Positions 39,489 through 49,571 are shown, numbered from the stretch's first letter. The stretch: 64,000 nucleotides of DNA from Candidatus Omnitrophota bacterium (GCA_041649115.1 JBAZNT010000001.1:140325-204324); one strand, 5' to 3'. Numbers and translations: made by a program. The notes: a model not told the origin generated them from the sequence alone.

Positions 39489-40341
39489 GCCTCTAAAGGA
39501 TAAGACGACCTTTAAGATAGGCGGCCGGGCGCGTTATTTTGCAGAGCCGGCTGGCGAGGAAGAATTGCGGTTCCTTATTTGCTTGGCGCGCAGGCATAAG
39601 GAACGCGTCCTGATCCTGGGCGCAGGCAGTAACCTGTTGGTAGATGACAGCGGCGTAGAGGCACTCGTGATACGTTTAGGCTCGCCGTATTTCAAAAAGA
39701 TATTTTTCAAGGGCAACTCCGTTGAGGCCGGCTCAGGGGTAATGCTGGGGCGGTTTCTCAGGGATACGGCTGCAAGAGGATTGGGGGGGATAGAGTTCCT
39801 GGCGGGCATCCCGGGGACCATCGGGGGAGCCCTGCTTATGAATGCCGGAGAGGGTCGGGGTGCTCGCGCCATCGGAGATTTGATAGACAGGGTGCGGGTT
39901 ATGGATTATAATGGCAATATTAAAATCCTTACCCAAAAGAAGGCAGGGTTCGGCTATCGCTCTTCAGGATTAGACAAGTATGTGATCCTGAGCGTTTCTT
40001 TTAGATTGAAGAGGTCCGCAAAAGACAGGATATGCGCCGATATCAGGGAGTACCTGAGGCAGCGCAGACATAGCCAGGATTTATGCCTTCCTTCGGCCGG
40101 CTGCGTATTCCGCAATCCTCGCCGCAGCCCTGCGGGAATGTTGATCGAACTCGCCGGATTCAAGGGCAGGAGCTCGGGGGGCGCGGCGGTTTCCGCGCGT
40201 CATGCAAATTTTATCGTCAACCGCAGGAATGCCACCGCTAGAGATGTCTTAAAGCTGATGCGCGAAGTGAAAAGCGCGGTAAAGAGAAAATTCCAGGTGG
40301 AGCTGGAACCGGAAGTCAAGATATGGCGCAGTCGAAAATGA
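39445..40341 (+). CDS. murB: UDP-N-acetylenolpyruvoylglucosamine reductase
   Basis: Contains TTFKIGGRARYF, GAGSNLLV and SAGCVFRNP. The start is uncertain because the ATG at 39445 overlaps murC by 44 nt. Confidence 0.88.
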   Translation: MSWLYGSGARIRYLEPLKDKTTFKIGGRARYFAEPAGEEELRFLICLARRHKERVLILGAGSNLLVDDSGVEALVIRLGSPYFKKIFFKGNSVEAGSGVMLGRFLRDTAARGLGGIEFLAGIPGTIGGALLMNAGEGRGARAIGDLIDRVRVMDYNGNIKILTQKKAGFGYRSSGLDKYVILSVSFRLKRSAKDRICADIREYLRQRRHSQDLCLPSAGCVFRNPRRSPAGMLIELAGFKGRSSGGAAVSARHANFIVNRRNATARDVLKLMREVKSAVKRKFQVELEPEVKIWRSRK

Positions 40342-41318
40342 ATCGCGATAGTGCAATGCCGTTGTGCGGCAGTAAATTCGGAAGGGTAGGAGTGCTCATG
40401 GGCGGGCCTTCCACCGAAAGGGAAATCTCGCTGAAGTCCGGTAAGGCGGTTTATGAGGCCCTGGAGGCATTAGGGCTTGACGTCGTTGCCATAGATATCA
40501 CGAGCGATAATATTGAAGAGAATTTACGGCTCCTTAAGTCAGGGCGTCTTGATTGCGCATTCGTCGCCCTCCACGGCCGTTTCGGGGAAGACGGCCAGAT
40601 ACAGGATATCTTGGAGCGATTGCATGTTCCTTACAGCGGTTCAGGGGTTTCTGCGAGCAGGCTGGCAATGGATAAGATTTCATCGCGCCGCATCTTCCAG
40701 GAGAACGGTCTGGCAGTGCCTCCCTGCGAGGTAGTGGAAAAGGTCTATTATGCCGACGGCTGGAGTTTTGACGGGAGGTTCCCGCCGCCTTTGGTGGTTA
40801 AGCCCGCCGGCCACGGCTCCAGCATCGGGCTGTCCCTCGTCGATAAAATATCCGAACTTCCCGTTGCCCTTGATAATGCGTTTGCTTTTGATAATCGCGT
40901 GATAATCGAGAAATACATAAAAGGCAGGGAGCTTACGGTCGGCATCCTTGGCGAGAGTCCCCTGCCGGTAATAGAGATTATCCCCAAGCAGAGATTTTTT
41001 GATTATCACGCCAAGTATCATGCCGGCATTACCGAGTACGTTGTCCCTGCAAAACTAGAAGGGGTTCTCAACGGCAGGGTCCAGGAAGCGGCCCTGGCGT
41101 CTCATAGGTTGTTAGGGTGTTTTGGGTGCTCCAGGGTTGACATTATTCTGGATAGTGATAATATACCAGTTATTTTAGAGGTGAATACCATACCGGGATT
41201 TACTGCTACCAGCCTTTTGCCTAAGGCAGCCGGGGTAGCGGGAATAGATTTTGGCGCGCTTTGCGTAAAGCTTCTGGAGTCGGCATATGAAAAAAACAGG
41301 GTTTCGGATACCGTTTAA
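40323..41318 (+). CDS. ddl: D-alanine--D-alanine ligase
   Basis: Contains VGVLMGGPSTEREISLKSG, LHGRFGEDGQIQ and LEVNTIPG. Confidence 0.93.
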   Translation: MAQSKMNRDSAMPLCGSKFGRVGVLMGGPSTEREISLKSGKAVYEALEALGLDVVAIDITSDNIEENLRLLKSGRLDCAFVALHGRFGEDGQIQDILERLHVPYSGSGVSASRLAMDKISSRRIFQENGLAVPPCEVVEKVYYADGWSFDGRFPPPLVVKPAGHGSSIGLSLVDKISELPVALDNAFAFDNRVIIEKYIKGRELTVGILGESPLPVIEIIPKQRFFDYHAKYHAGITEYVVPAKLEGVLNGRVQEAALASHRLLGCFGCSRVDIILDSDNIPVILEVNTIPGFTATSLLPKAAGVAGIDFGALCVKLLESAYEKNRVSDTV

Positions 41319-42033
41319 AGCGGTACTATTACTGGTGTTTTTGGCTGTTGCCTATTTCGGGCTGGCAGCTTTAATAAAAGGATTGAAGAACCTCGATTAC
41401 TTTAAGGTCCGGGAGGTGGTAGTTTCCTCCGGAGAAGAGGCTTCGGATTTCGCTTATTTTAAAGGCCAGGGCATATTCAATATCGACCTGGATAGCGAAG
41501 CCGGACGCATCTGGCAGTTATACCCCAGTTACAAAAGAGTAATGATTATCAGGGTTCTTCCCAACCGCCTATTCATAAAATTTGTTAGACGTCAACCCCT
41601 TGCCTACGTTAAACTCTACCGCTATTTCTGCGTTGATGAAGAGTTGGTTCTTTTGGATGCGCCTGGCGGACCAGAGGGCGGCGACCTCCCGGTAATCCTG
41701 GGGCTTGAGACTAGGATCTTCGGCCCTAAGGTGGGCAGGAGGTATAATGTGCCGGAGCTCGCGCTGGCAATCGGCATCATCAATGAAATCCAGAAGAACC
41801 GCCTTAACCGTTATATAAAGGTCAAGGCCATAAATGTCTCCGATGCGGCCAATGCCTCTTTTATCACCGATAGCGGCATCGAGGTAAAGGTGGGGCGGGA
41901 AAACGCAAAAAGCAGGATGGCCGTTTTGCGTGACATCTTGAGTCACAGCAGGAATGAGCTCTCCAATATAAAATACATCGACCTGAGATTTAAGGACCCC
42001 GTGATAAAACTGAAAGAAGATGTTAAGCGATAA
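41287..42033 (+). CDS. ftsQ: Cell division protein FtsQ (POTRA domain)
   Basis: N-terminal TM then a POTRA-like region (FKVREVVVSSGEE...). Conserved position between ddl and ftsA. Confidence 0.75.
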   Translation: MKKTGFRIPFKAVLLLVFLAVAYFGLAALIKGLKNLDYFKVREVVVSSGEEASDFAYFKGQGIFNIDLDSEAGRIWQLYPSYKRVMIIRVLPNRLFIKFVRRQPLAYVKLYRYFCVDEELVLLDAPGGPEGGDLPVILGLETRIFGPKVGRRYNVPELALAIGIINEIQKNRLNRYIKVKAINVSDAANASFITDSGIEVKVGRENAKSRMAVLRDILSHSRNELSNIKYIDLRFKDPVIKLKEDVKR

Positions 42034-43276
42034 TTATATCTCTGCGTTAGATATCAGCTCCAGCAAGATTGCCGCCGTAGTAGCCAGGATCAGCAAAAAG
42101 CGGATAAACGAGTTATTCTTTGAGGTCGGCCCCTCCAAGGGCGTCAGGAAAGGAGTAGTGGCTGACCCGATTGAATTGGTAAGTTCTATTTCGGCGGTCA
42201 TCAAGAGCCTCAGGGCATCATCGGGCATTAATATCAGGACCCTTAACGTTAATATTTCCGGAGAGGATATCTCTACCCGTCATAGCCGCGCAATTATCCC
42301 TCTTGCCGAAAGAGGCAATAAGGTTATTACGCCTTCCGACGTCTCCAGGGTTAACGAACAGGCTCGTATTTTGGGCTCCAGCCTTCAGGAGGAAATAATA
42401 CACTGCCTGCCTTACAGCTATGCCATTGACTCCAAGGCAAATATAACCAATCCGATAGGTCTCTATAGCCACCGTCTTGAGGTGGACCTTTACCTTATCT
42501 TTGCAAAACTCTCGGGCGTGCAGAGCCTCGCCCGTGCCGTCAACCAGTGCGGTTTTGATATCGGGGATATCTTTTTCTCAGGCCTCGCTACCAGCGTTGC
42601 GGTATTCGATAACGGACCGCGCGAGGGCGTAGAGGTGCTTTGCGACATCGGCAGCGATACCACCGATATGCTTGTTTTCCGCAACGGCAGGCTTTCGGAC
42701 ATCGACGTCGTTTACTGCGGAGGAGACGACATTACCCTTAGGATTTCGGATGAACTGAAGATCCCTTTCGAGCTGGCCGAAGAGGTGAAGCGTTCGCACG
42801 CCTTCATGGGAGAGCATAGCCATCTTGCAGAGGACAAGGAGATATTAGTCAAGAAACAGGATATCTACAAACCTATTCCTGAAAAGAGGGTGGTGGAGAT
42901 TGCTTCCCGGGAAGGCAGGCGCCTCTGTGAGGCCATCAAGGATAAGCTGGAAAGGATGGTTCCTTCCCAGAGGGTAACCAATTTTCTCTGCGTCGGCAGG
43001 ACCGTAATGCTTGATGGTTTTCTGGAATCCTTGGAAAATGCCCTCGCTACCACCGTCAAACTCGGCCGCATCAGGAATCCCGAGATAGCCGGACTGATTA
43101 ACCGCTACGATTCGCTTTCCGGACAGCGCTACCTGACCTACCTGACAGCACTCGGCCTTACCTGCCAGTCCCTGCATCGTGAGCAGGCGCATACCTTGTA
43201 TGCCGTTGCCTCTGCGCGTAATATCTTTGCCCGGGCTTTTTTCAAGGCCCAGGAGATATACCAGGAATACTTCTAA
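42020..43276 (+). CDS. ftsA: Cell division protein FtsA
   Basis: Actin-like ATPase (LDISSSKIAAVVA, DIGSDTTDMLVF) with a C-terminal amphipathic helix NIFARAFFKAQEIYQEYF. Confidence 0.9.
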   Translation: MLSDNYISALDISSSKIAAVVARISKKRINELFFEVGPSKGVRKGVVADPIELVSSISAVIKSLRASSGINIRTLNVNISGEDISTRHSRAIIPLAERGNKVITPSDVSRVNEQARILGSSLQEEIIHCLPYSYAIDSKANITNPIGLYSHRLEVDLYLIFAKLSGVQSLARAVNQCGFDIGDIFFSGLATSVAVFDNGPREGVEVLCDIGSDTTDMLVFRNGRLSDIDVVYCGGDDITLRISDELKIPFELAEEVKRSHAFMGEHSHLAEDKEILVKKQDIYKPIPEKRVVEIASREGRRLCEAIKDKLERMVPSQRVTNFLCVGRTVMLDGFLESLENALATTVKLGRIRNPEIAGLINRYDSLSGQRYLTYLTALGLTCQSLHREQAHTLYAVASARNIFARAFFKAQEIYQEYF

Positions 43277-43314
43277 CGCGGGGCTTCCCTCGTTAATCAT
43301 TGAGATAAGCGGTA

Positions 43315-43408
43315 CTTTTAGCGGGTGGCTTGGCTTGATTTCAGGCAGCATCTTGCGAAAATTCGAACGGTGCTGCGAGAAACAAGACAAGACGGGGCCC
43401 GCTAAAAG
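43315..43408 (+). other. Nested inverted-repeat element in the ftsA-yggS spacer (possible structured RNA)
   Basis: Outer 11-bp perfect arms are CTTTTAGCGGG (43315-43325) and CCCGCTAAAAG (43398-43408). Inner 6-bp arms are GCAGCA (43345-43350) and TGCTGC (43371-43376), enclosing CGAAAATTCG. No U tract follows. Confidence 0.4.
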
Positions 43409-43450
43409 ATGCAGGTTATGAATTATAAATGCGAGAACCGCCTATTCCTA

Positions 43451-43478
43451 TTGACCTCGCCATTTTATTAGATATAAT
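43451..43478 (+). promoter_or_regulatory. Sigma70-type promoter of yggS-proC
   Basis: TTGACC (43451-43456), 16-nt spacer, TATAAT (43473-43478). Confidence 0.55.
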
Positions 43479-43490
43479 ATATTAGCTTAA

Positions 43491-44210
43491 GTGATGATTA
43501 GGGATAATATTTTTAAAGTAAGGAACCGGGTTTTGGCCGCCTGTGCCAGGGTGGGGCGCGACCCCGGCAGGGTGACCGTGGTAGCAGTAGCCAAGACCCG
43601 TACCTCAAGAGAGGTAGAGGAGGCGCTTGAGGCCGGGATATCCGATATCGGAGAAAACAGGGTGCAGGAGGCAGTTCTCAAATATCGCCAACTCCTCGGG
43701 GCAGGGCAGAATGTCCCTGCGGTCTCCGGAAATACCAACTGGCACCTCGTCGGGCACCTCCAGACCAATAAGGTCAAAGAGGCAGTTGCAATTTTTGACC
43801 TCATACATTCCGTGGACAGTCTCCGCCTGGCCCGGAAGATTGACAGGGAGGCTGGCAGGATTAAGAAGGTTCAGAGGATACTCTTGGAAGTTAATGTCTC
43901 CGGGGAAGCAAGCAAGTGTGGTTTTGCGGCCGGGGACTTAAGCGTTTCAGTCAAAGACATCTCTGGTTTAACCAACCTGAGGGTTTGCGGTTTGATGACA
44001 GTTACGCCGATAACGGGCAACCCGGAGCATTCCAGGGGTTATTTCAAGGCCCTGAAAGGACTTCGGGATAACATTGATGCCTTAGGGCTGACGGGCTGCC
44101 GTCCGGGGATTTTATCCATGGGTATGACCGGCGACTTTGAAGTTGCAATCGAGGAAGGGGCAGATATAGTTCGTCTAGGCCGGGCGATATTCGAGGGTCA
44201 AAATGCATGA
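43491..44210 (+). CDS. yggS: YggS-family pyridoxal-phosphate homeostasis protein
   Basis: Contains VAVAKTRTSREVEEALEAGISDIGENRVQE...WHLVGHLQTNK...LSMGMTGDFEVAIEEGADIVRLG. Confidence 0.9.
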   Translation: MMIRDNIFKVRNRVLAACARVGRDPGRVTVVAVAKTRTSREVEEALEAGISDIGENRVQEAVLKYRQLLGAGQNVPAVSGNTNWHLVGHLQTNKVKEAVAIFDLIHSVDSLRLARKIDREAGRIKKVQRILLEVNVSGEASKCGFAAGDLSVSVKDISGLTNLRVCGLMTVTPITGNPEHSRGYFKALKGLRDNIDALGLTGCRPGILSMGMTGDFEVAIEEGADIVRLGRAIFEGQNA

Positions 44211-45033
44211 TACGATAGGGATTATCGGTTTCGGAAATATGGGGTCGGCTATGGCAGAACAGTTGAAGCCGCACTCTCGGGTTTGCGTCTTTGATAAAGA
44301 TAAGAGCAAGACCCGTACGGCCAAGGATGTTACGGTTACGGATACCATGGCAGGGGTTGCGGAGAAGTCCGATCTGTTGATATTGGCAGTCAAGCCGCAG
44401 GATATTGACGGAGTCTTGAAGTCTTTGCGCGAGCACCTCAAGGGTAAATTACTGCTTTCGATTGCAGCAGGCATCAGCACCGGGCATATTGAGAGAATAG
44501 CGGGCCAGGCGAGGGTAGTCAGGGCAATGCCCAATATCGGCGTTAAGATTTCAGAGTCCGTGACCTGCCTGAGTAAAGGCGCCTTTGCCAGCGAGGAGGA
44601 CCTGGAAGCAGCCCAGGAACTTTTCTATTACCTGGGAGCCACCCGCATTATAGACGAGAATATGATGAATGCCGCTACTGCTATTTCAGGCAGCGGACCG
44701 GCATATGTTTTTTATTTCCTGGAAGACAGCGATATGGACGCCGTCAATGTCCCGGAGCATGCGCGTCATGACATGATTAAGCGTCTGGCGCAGGCAGCCG
44801 AAGGCACCGGTTTTAAGCATGAGGACGCCATGTTTCTGGCGGTCAACACGGTAAATATGAGCCTCAGCCTTATCAGGAAGACGCGCATGAGCCCCGCGGA
44901 ATTGCGTCTCCAGGTTACTTCTAAAGGGGGGACTACCGAGGCAGCGCTGGCGGCGTTGCGTCGGTCGGGTTCCTGGGGTGATGCCGCCGGGGCGGCACTT
45001 AAACGCGCCGAAGAATTAGCGCGGAGGGATTAG
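44203..45033 (+). CDS. proC: Pyrroline-5-carboxylate reductase
   Basis: Contains IGIIGFGNMGSAM, AVKPQD and SKGGTTEAAL. Confidence 0.9.
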   Translation: MHDTIGIIGFGNMGSAMAEQLKPHSRVCVFDKDKSKTRTAKDVTVTDTMAGVAEKSDLLILAVKPQDIDGVLKSLREHLKGKLLLSIAAGISTGHIERIAGQARVVRAMPNIGVKISESVTCLSKGAFASEEDLEAAQELFYYLGATRIIDENMMNAATAISGSGPAYVFYFLEDSDMDAVNVPEHARHDMIKRLAQAAEGTGFKHEDAMFLAVNTVNMSLSLIRKTRMSPAELRLQVTSKGGTTEAALAALRRSGSWGDAAGAALKRAEELARRD

Positions 45034-45035
45034 CA

Positions 45036-45896
45036 ATGGAGCGTGTCGGGATTATCGGAGGGAGCGGCTTATACCAGATCGACGGATTAAAAGTCAAAAA
45101 GAAATTTTACCTAAAGACTCCTTTTGGCTGTCCTTCCGGCCAGTTCGTTATCGGATACCTGGAGGGCAGAGAGGTGGTTTTTCTCCCCCGCCACGATGTG
45201 GGGCACCGCATTCCTCCCGGCCACATCAATTACCGGGCAAATATCTATGCCATGAAGAAGCTGGGGGTAAGCCGCATTATCTCGCTGGCTGCCTGCGGAA
45301 GCCTCAAGGAAGAGATGAGACCGATGGACTTTGTAGCGGTGGATCAGTTTGTCGACCGCACCAATTACGCCCGGGACATGAGCTTTTTTGAAAACGGCAT
45401 TGTCGCGCATATTGAATTTTCGCATCCGGTCTGCGAGGAATTAAGGGGCATTTTGTACCAGTCCGCCAAAGAGGTTACCGGCCGGGCGCATAACGGAGGC
45501 ACCTATATCAATATGGAAGGCCCGGCATTCTCAACCTTGGCGGAATCCGAGCTCTACCGCAGTTGGAAAATGGACGTTATCGGCATGACTAATTTTGCCG
45601 AGGCCAAACTCGCACGCGAGGCCGAAATTTGTTATGCTACCCTCGCTGCGGTAACCGACTATGACTGCTGGCATCCGTCTCACGACTCCGTCAGTATCGA
45701 TATGATAACCAAAAGCCTTTCCCGGAATATTGATAATTCTAAAAAAATACTCTTGAGAGTTATCAAGACTCTGCCCTGCAGGAGGGAGTGTTCCTGCGGC
45801 TCTGCCCTGGAGCACGCGATTGTCACCGACCATCGGCATATCCCCAGGCGCATTAAAAAGAAGCTGAATATCATTATCGGTAAATATGTCAAATAG
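45036..45896 (+). CDS. mtnP: S-methyl-5'-thioadenosine phosphorylase
   Basis: Contains GIIGGSGLY, FLPRHDVGHRIPPGHINYRANIYAMKKLGV and EGPAFST..E...MDVIGMT. Confidence 0.88.
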   Translation: MERVGIIGGSGLYQIDGLKVKKKFYLKTPFGCPSGQFVIGYLEGREVVFLPRHDVGHRIPPGHINYRANIYAMKKLGVSRIISLAACGSLKEEMRPMDFVAVDQFVDRTNYARDMSFFENGIVAHIEFSHPVCEELRGILYQSAKEVTGRAHNGGTYINMEGPAFSTLAESELYRSWKMDVIGMTNFAEAKLAREAEICYATLAAVTDYDCWHPSHDSVSIDMITKSLSRNIDNSKKILLRVIKTLPCRRECSCGSALEHAIVTDHRHIPRRIKKKLNIIIGKYVK

Positions 45897-48687
45897 CGCT
45901 GACTACAAGAATACCTTAAACCTCCCCCAGACCGCCTTTCCCATGAAAGGCGAACTGCCCAGGCGCGAACCTTTAATCCTGAAATCCTGGCAGCAGGAGG
46001 GGGTCTACGGAGCTATCTGTAAAAAGGACAGCTCGCCCGGCAAGAAATATATCCTTCATGACGGCCCCCCGTACGCCAACGGCAACATACATATCGGCCA
46101 CGCCCTCAACAAGACCCTGAAGGACATCATCGTAAAATACAAGACCATGCAGGGTTTTCATGCTCCTTACGTGCCGGGATGGGACTGTCATGGTCTGCCG
46201 GTGGAGCATCAGCTTTTCAAGGAGCTAAAGATTAACAAATCCCAGATCGACCAGCTTGAATTCCGCAGGAAGGCCTACAAATATGCCTCCAGGTATGTTG
46301 AGATCCAGAAGGAAGAGTTTAAGCGCTTAGGCATTTTCGGGGAGTGGGATAATCCTTATCTTACCTTGAGCCGGGAGTATGAAGAGGGGATTGTCCGTTC
46401 CTTCGCGGGGCTGGTAAAGGAAGGATATGTTTACCGCGGGCTTAAGCCGGTGAACTGGTGTTATAGATGTGAGACCGCGCTTGCCGAGGCAGAGGTAGAA
46501 TACGAAGACCATGATTCCCCTTCAATATTCGTTAAATTCAAGATTAAGGCGGGAGGGGATTTCGGCGAGGATAGTAATTTGGTTATTTGGACCACTACCC
46601 CTTGGACGCTGGTTGCCAATGTGGCAGTGGCAGTGCATCCGGATTTCGTGTATTCTTATATCAAGACCCCCAAAGGCAAACTGATTATTGCAAATGTAAG
46701 GCTGGGCATTTTAGGCCGGATAGGGGTTGATAAATACGAGGTTATCCGGGAAATCAAGGGCAACAAGCTCGAGGGGCTGGTTTACGAGCACCCCTTTGGC
46801 CTGCGCGAGGGCAGGGTGGTGTCTGCCGATTACGTTTCGGCGCAGGAGGGCAGCGGGCTGGTGCATACCGCTCCCGGCCACGGTGCCGAAGATTACCTTA
46901 CCGGAATCAAATACAAGCTTCCCATCCTGATGCCGGTTGATTCCGGGGGGAACTTTGACGGCTCGGCCGGGGAATTCCGCGGGCTTAACGTATATGATGC
47001 AAATAAAAATATTATCGATAAGCTTCAGAGTTCAGGCGCCTTACTCTTGGCTGAGAGGCTGCGTCATTCATATCCGCACTGCTGGCGCTGCAAGAAACCG
47101 ATAATCTTCAGGGCTACCAACCAATGGTTCCTGGCTATTGACCATAAGAAGGGTGGCGCAGGCCTTCCGTTGCGGAGGAAACTTTTGGATGCGATAAATA
47201 ACGATGTTGAGTGGATACCTGCGGCAGGCAGGGAGCGTATCTGGGCGATGGTAGAGTCTAGGCCGGACTGGTGCCTCTCAAGGCAGCGTTATTGGGGCGT
47301 GCCTATCCCGTCCTTAATCTGTAACGAATGCAAAAAGGAAACCCTGGAGCCCGAGGTAATTGAGAGATTCGCGGCATTAGTGGCTCAAGAGGGGTCGGAT
47401 TGCTGGTTTAGCCGCGAGGTGACTGATTTTATCCCGGAGGGATTCAGGTGCAGTTGCGGAGGAAGCAGTTTCTCAAAGGGCAGGGATATCATGGATGTCT
47501 GGTTTGATTCCGGAGTAAGCGCCGAGGCGGTATTAAAAAAAAGAAAAGAACTTTCCTACCCGGCCGACCTGTATCTGGAAGGCTCAGACCAGCACCGGGG
47601 ATGGTTCCAGTCTTCCTTAATCCCGGCAATATGCATCAACGGCAGGCCTCCTTTCCGTTGCGTACTTACGCACGGCCACGTAGTGGACGGGGAGGGGCGG
47701 AAGATGTCAAAATCGCTCGGCAACGTCATCTCTCCGCAGGATATCATTAAGGACTACGGGGCGGATATCGTGCGCCTGTGGGTAGCTGCCAGCGATTACA
47801 ATGAAGATATCCGTATCTCAAAGGAGATGCTGGCGCGTTTGTCGGAATCATACCGTAAGATACGCAATACCGCCCGTTTTATCTTAAGCAACCTCTATGA
47901 TTTTAATCCGGATAAAGACAAGGTCAGTTACGATAAAATGCGGTTTATAGATAAATGGATTCTAAGCGTTAAGGAATCCGTATTGATAGATATTGAGTCA
48001 GCCTATGATTCCTTTGAATTTTATAAGGCTTATAAATCCATCTATAACTTCTGCAATGAGCAGCTATCCATGTATTACCTGGATATGGCCAAGGGCAGGC
48101 TTTATACTTTTCGGGCGGATTCTGTGGAGCGGCGCGCGGCACAGACGGCGATGTATGAAATATTAAATACGTTCGTTAGGACAATGGCGCCTATTTTAGT
48201 GTTTACTGCCGAGGAGATTTGGCAACATTTGCCAAAAGAAAATTCCGATAAGAATGTGGCTAGTGTGCATATGCTGGGATGGCCTAAAAGTAATGAAGAG
48301 TTTAAGAATTTTGAAGGCAGCTCAAACATGCTTTTATTTTCCAAGACCATCGCTTTAGTTCCGGAGGTGGCTAAATTACTGGAGGAGCTGCGCGGAAAGG
48401 GCCAGATAGGGAGTTCCTTTGATGCCAGAATAAATATATTGACAAACGACCCCAAACGTTATACATTCTTATCCAGTCTTAAATCCGATCTCTGCGAGAT
48501 ATTCAAGGTTTCGCAGGTAGAGGTGACAAAAGAAGATAAGGCCGGCGGCGGTGATATCAGGATCGAGGTCGCCAAGGCCGAGGGCAGTAAATGCCTGCGT
48601 TGCTGGAATTATTCTCCCAGCGTCGGGAAAGACCAGAGGCATCCGTTAATCTGCGAAAGGTGCATATCGGCCATAGGAGGCAACTAA
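45886..48687 (+). CDS. ileS: Isoleucine--tRNA ligase
   Basis: HIGH (PYANGNIHIGHALN), KMSKS, CP1 editing domain, and a C-terminal Zn motif CLRCWNY...CERC. 933 aa. Confidence 0.95.
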   Translation: MSNSADYKNTLNLPQTAFPMKGELPRREPLILKSWQQEGVYGAICKKDSSPGKKYILHDGPPYANGNIHIGHALNKTLKDIIVKYKTMQGFHAPYVPGWDCHGLPVEHQLFKELKINKSQIDQLEFRRKAYKYASRYVEIQKEEFKRLGIFGEWDNPYLTLSREYEEGIVRSFAGLVKEGYVYRGLKPVNWCYRCETALAEAEVEYEDHDSPSIFVKFKIKAGGDFGEDSNLVIWTTTPWTLVANVAVAVHPDFVYSYIKTPKGKLIIANVRLGILGRIGVDKYEVIREIKGNKLEGLVYEHPFGLREGRVVSADYVSAQEGSGLVHTAPGHGAEDYLTGIKYKLPILMPVDSGGNFDGSAGEFRGLNVYDANKNIIDKLQSSGALLLAERLRHSYPHCWRCKKPIIFRATNQWFLAIDHKKGGAGLPLRRKLLDAINNDVEWIPAAGRERIWAMVESRPDWCLSRQRYWGVPIPSLICNECKKETLEPEVIERFAALVAQEGSDCWFSREVTDFIPEGFRCSCGGSSFSKGRDIMDVWFDSGVSAEAVLKKRKELSYPADLYLEGSDQHRGWFQSSLIPAICINGRPPFRCVLTHGHVVDGEGRKMSKSLGNVISPQDIIKDYGADIVRLWVAASDYNEDIRISKEMLARLSESYRKIRNTARFILSNLYDFNPDKDKVSYDKMRFIDKWILSVKESVLIDIESAYDSFEFYKAYKSIYNFCNEQLSMYYLDMAKGRLYTFRADSVERRAAQTAMYEILNTFVRTMAPILVFTAEEIWQHLPKENSDKNVASVHMLGWPKSNEEFKNFEGSSNMLLFSKTIALVPEVAKLLEELRGKGQIGSSFDARINILTNDPKRYTFLSSLKSDLCEIFKVSQVEVTKEDKAGGGDIRIEVAKAEGSKCLRCWNYSPSVGKDQRHPLICERCISAIGGN

Positions 48688-48688
48688 A

Positions 48689-49072
48689 TTGAAGAAGAAA
48701 TTCAATAAGAAGGAACTGGCGGAATTTAAGAAGATAATACTGAAGAAAAAAGAGGATATCCTCGAGGAGATCAAAAGCATCTCTGAAGACGTGCTGAAGA
48801 AATCCCAGAAGGACGCCTCGGGCGACATCTCCGGATACAGTTATCACATGGCTGACGTCGCCACCGATAACTACGACCGGGAGTTCTCGCTGGGGCTGGC
48901 ATCCAACGAGATGGAGGTCCTCTATGTTTTAGACGATGCCCTGAAAAGAATCGATGAGGGGAGCTACGGCATCTGCGAGGATTGCAAACAGCCGATCTCA
49001 AAGACGCGCCTGAAGGCTCTCCCCCAGGCTTCCCTTTGCATAAAGTGTCAGGAGAAAAGGGAAAAGAAATAG
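48689..49072 (+). CDS. DksA/TraR-family C4 zinc-finger protein
   Basis: Contains CEDCKQPISKTRLKALPQASLCIKC. 127 aa. TTG start 2 nt after the ileS stop. Confidence 0.8.
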   Translation: MKKKFNKKELAEFKKIILKKKEDILEEIKSISEDVLKKSQKDASGDISGYSYHMADVATDNYDREFSLGLASNEMEVLYVLDDALKRIDEGSYGICEDCKQPISKTRLKALPQASLCIKCQEKREKK

Positions 49073-49091
49073 GGCATAGGATATTTTTGCG

Positions 49092-49526
49092 ATGGCATTG
49101 ATTGTCGCGGCATCCGTGCTTTTCCTGGATCAACTCACAAAATTCCTCGCCACCAAATACCTCTCTTTTAATCAAAGTCTCCCGCTCGTTAAGGGCGTAT
49201 TGTATCTTTCCCTGGTGCACAACCGCGGCGCAGCCTTCGGGATGCTTAAAGGGCTGAACATTTTTTTTATATTGGCGGCGCTGGCGGCAATAACGTTAAT
49301 TTACCTAAATTTAAGGAAACTCGGATGGCGGAGGATTGCCATTACGACAGCATCCTTGAGCCTTATCCTGGCGGGGGCGCTAGGCAACCTGATAGATCGC
49401 CTTGCCTTCGGATATGTCATTGATTTCATAGACCTGCGCATCTGGCCGGTATTCAACGTTGCGGACAGCGCCATAACTATTGGGGCGCTATTGTGGGCGT
49501 TTTCCATCATCAAGGCAAGAAAATAG
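49092..49526 (+). CDS. lspA: Lipoprotein signal peptidase (signal peptidase II)
   Basis: Contains NRGAAFG, GNLIDR and FNVADSAI. Confidence 0.92.
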   Translation: MALIVAASVLFLDQLTKFLATKYLSFNQSLPLVKGVLYLSLVHNRGAAFGMLKGLNIFFILAALAAITLIYLNLRKLGWRRIAITTASLSLILAGALGNLIDRLAFGYVIDFIDLRIWPVFNVADSAITIGALLWAFSIIKARK

Positions 49527-49571
49527 ATATTATTTTTATCCCGAGGTCATGACCGGGAATTGGAAAGTTTA

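Noticed and set aside
43277-43490. Possible ftsZ pseudogene remnant between ftsA and yggS.
   Set aside because: No frame gives tubulin/FtsZ-like motifs (GGGTGxG, NTD). The only ORF there (43179-43421) is a read-through of the ftsA 3' end in another frame.
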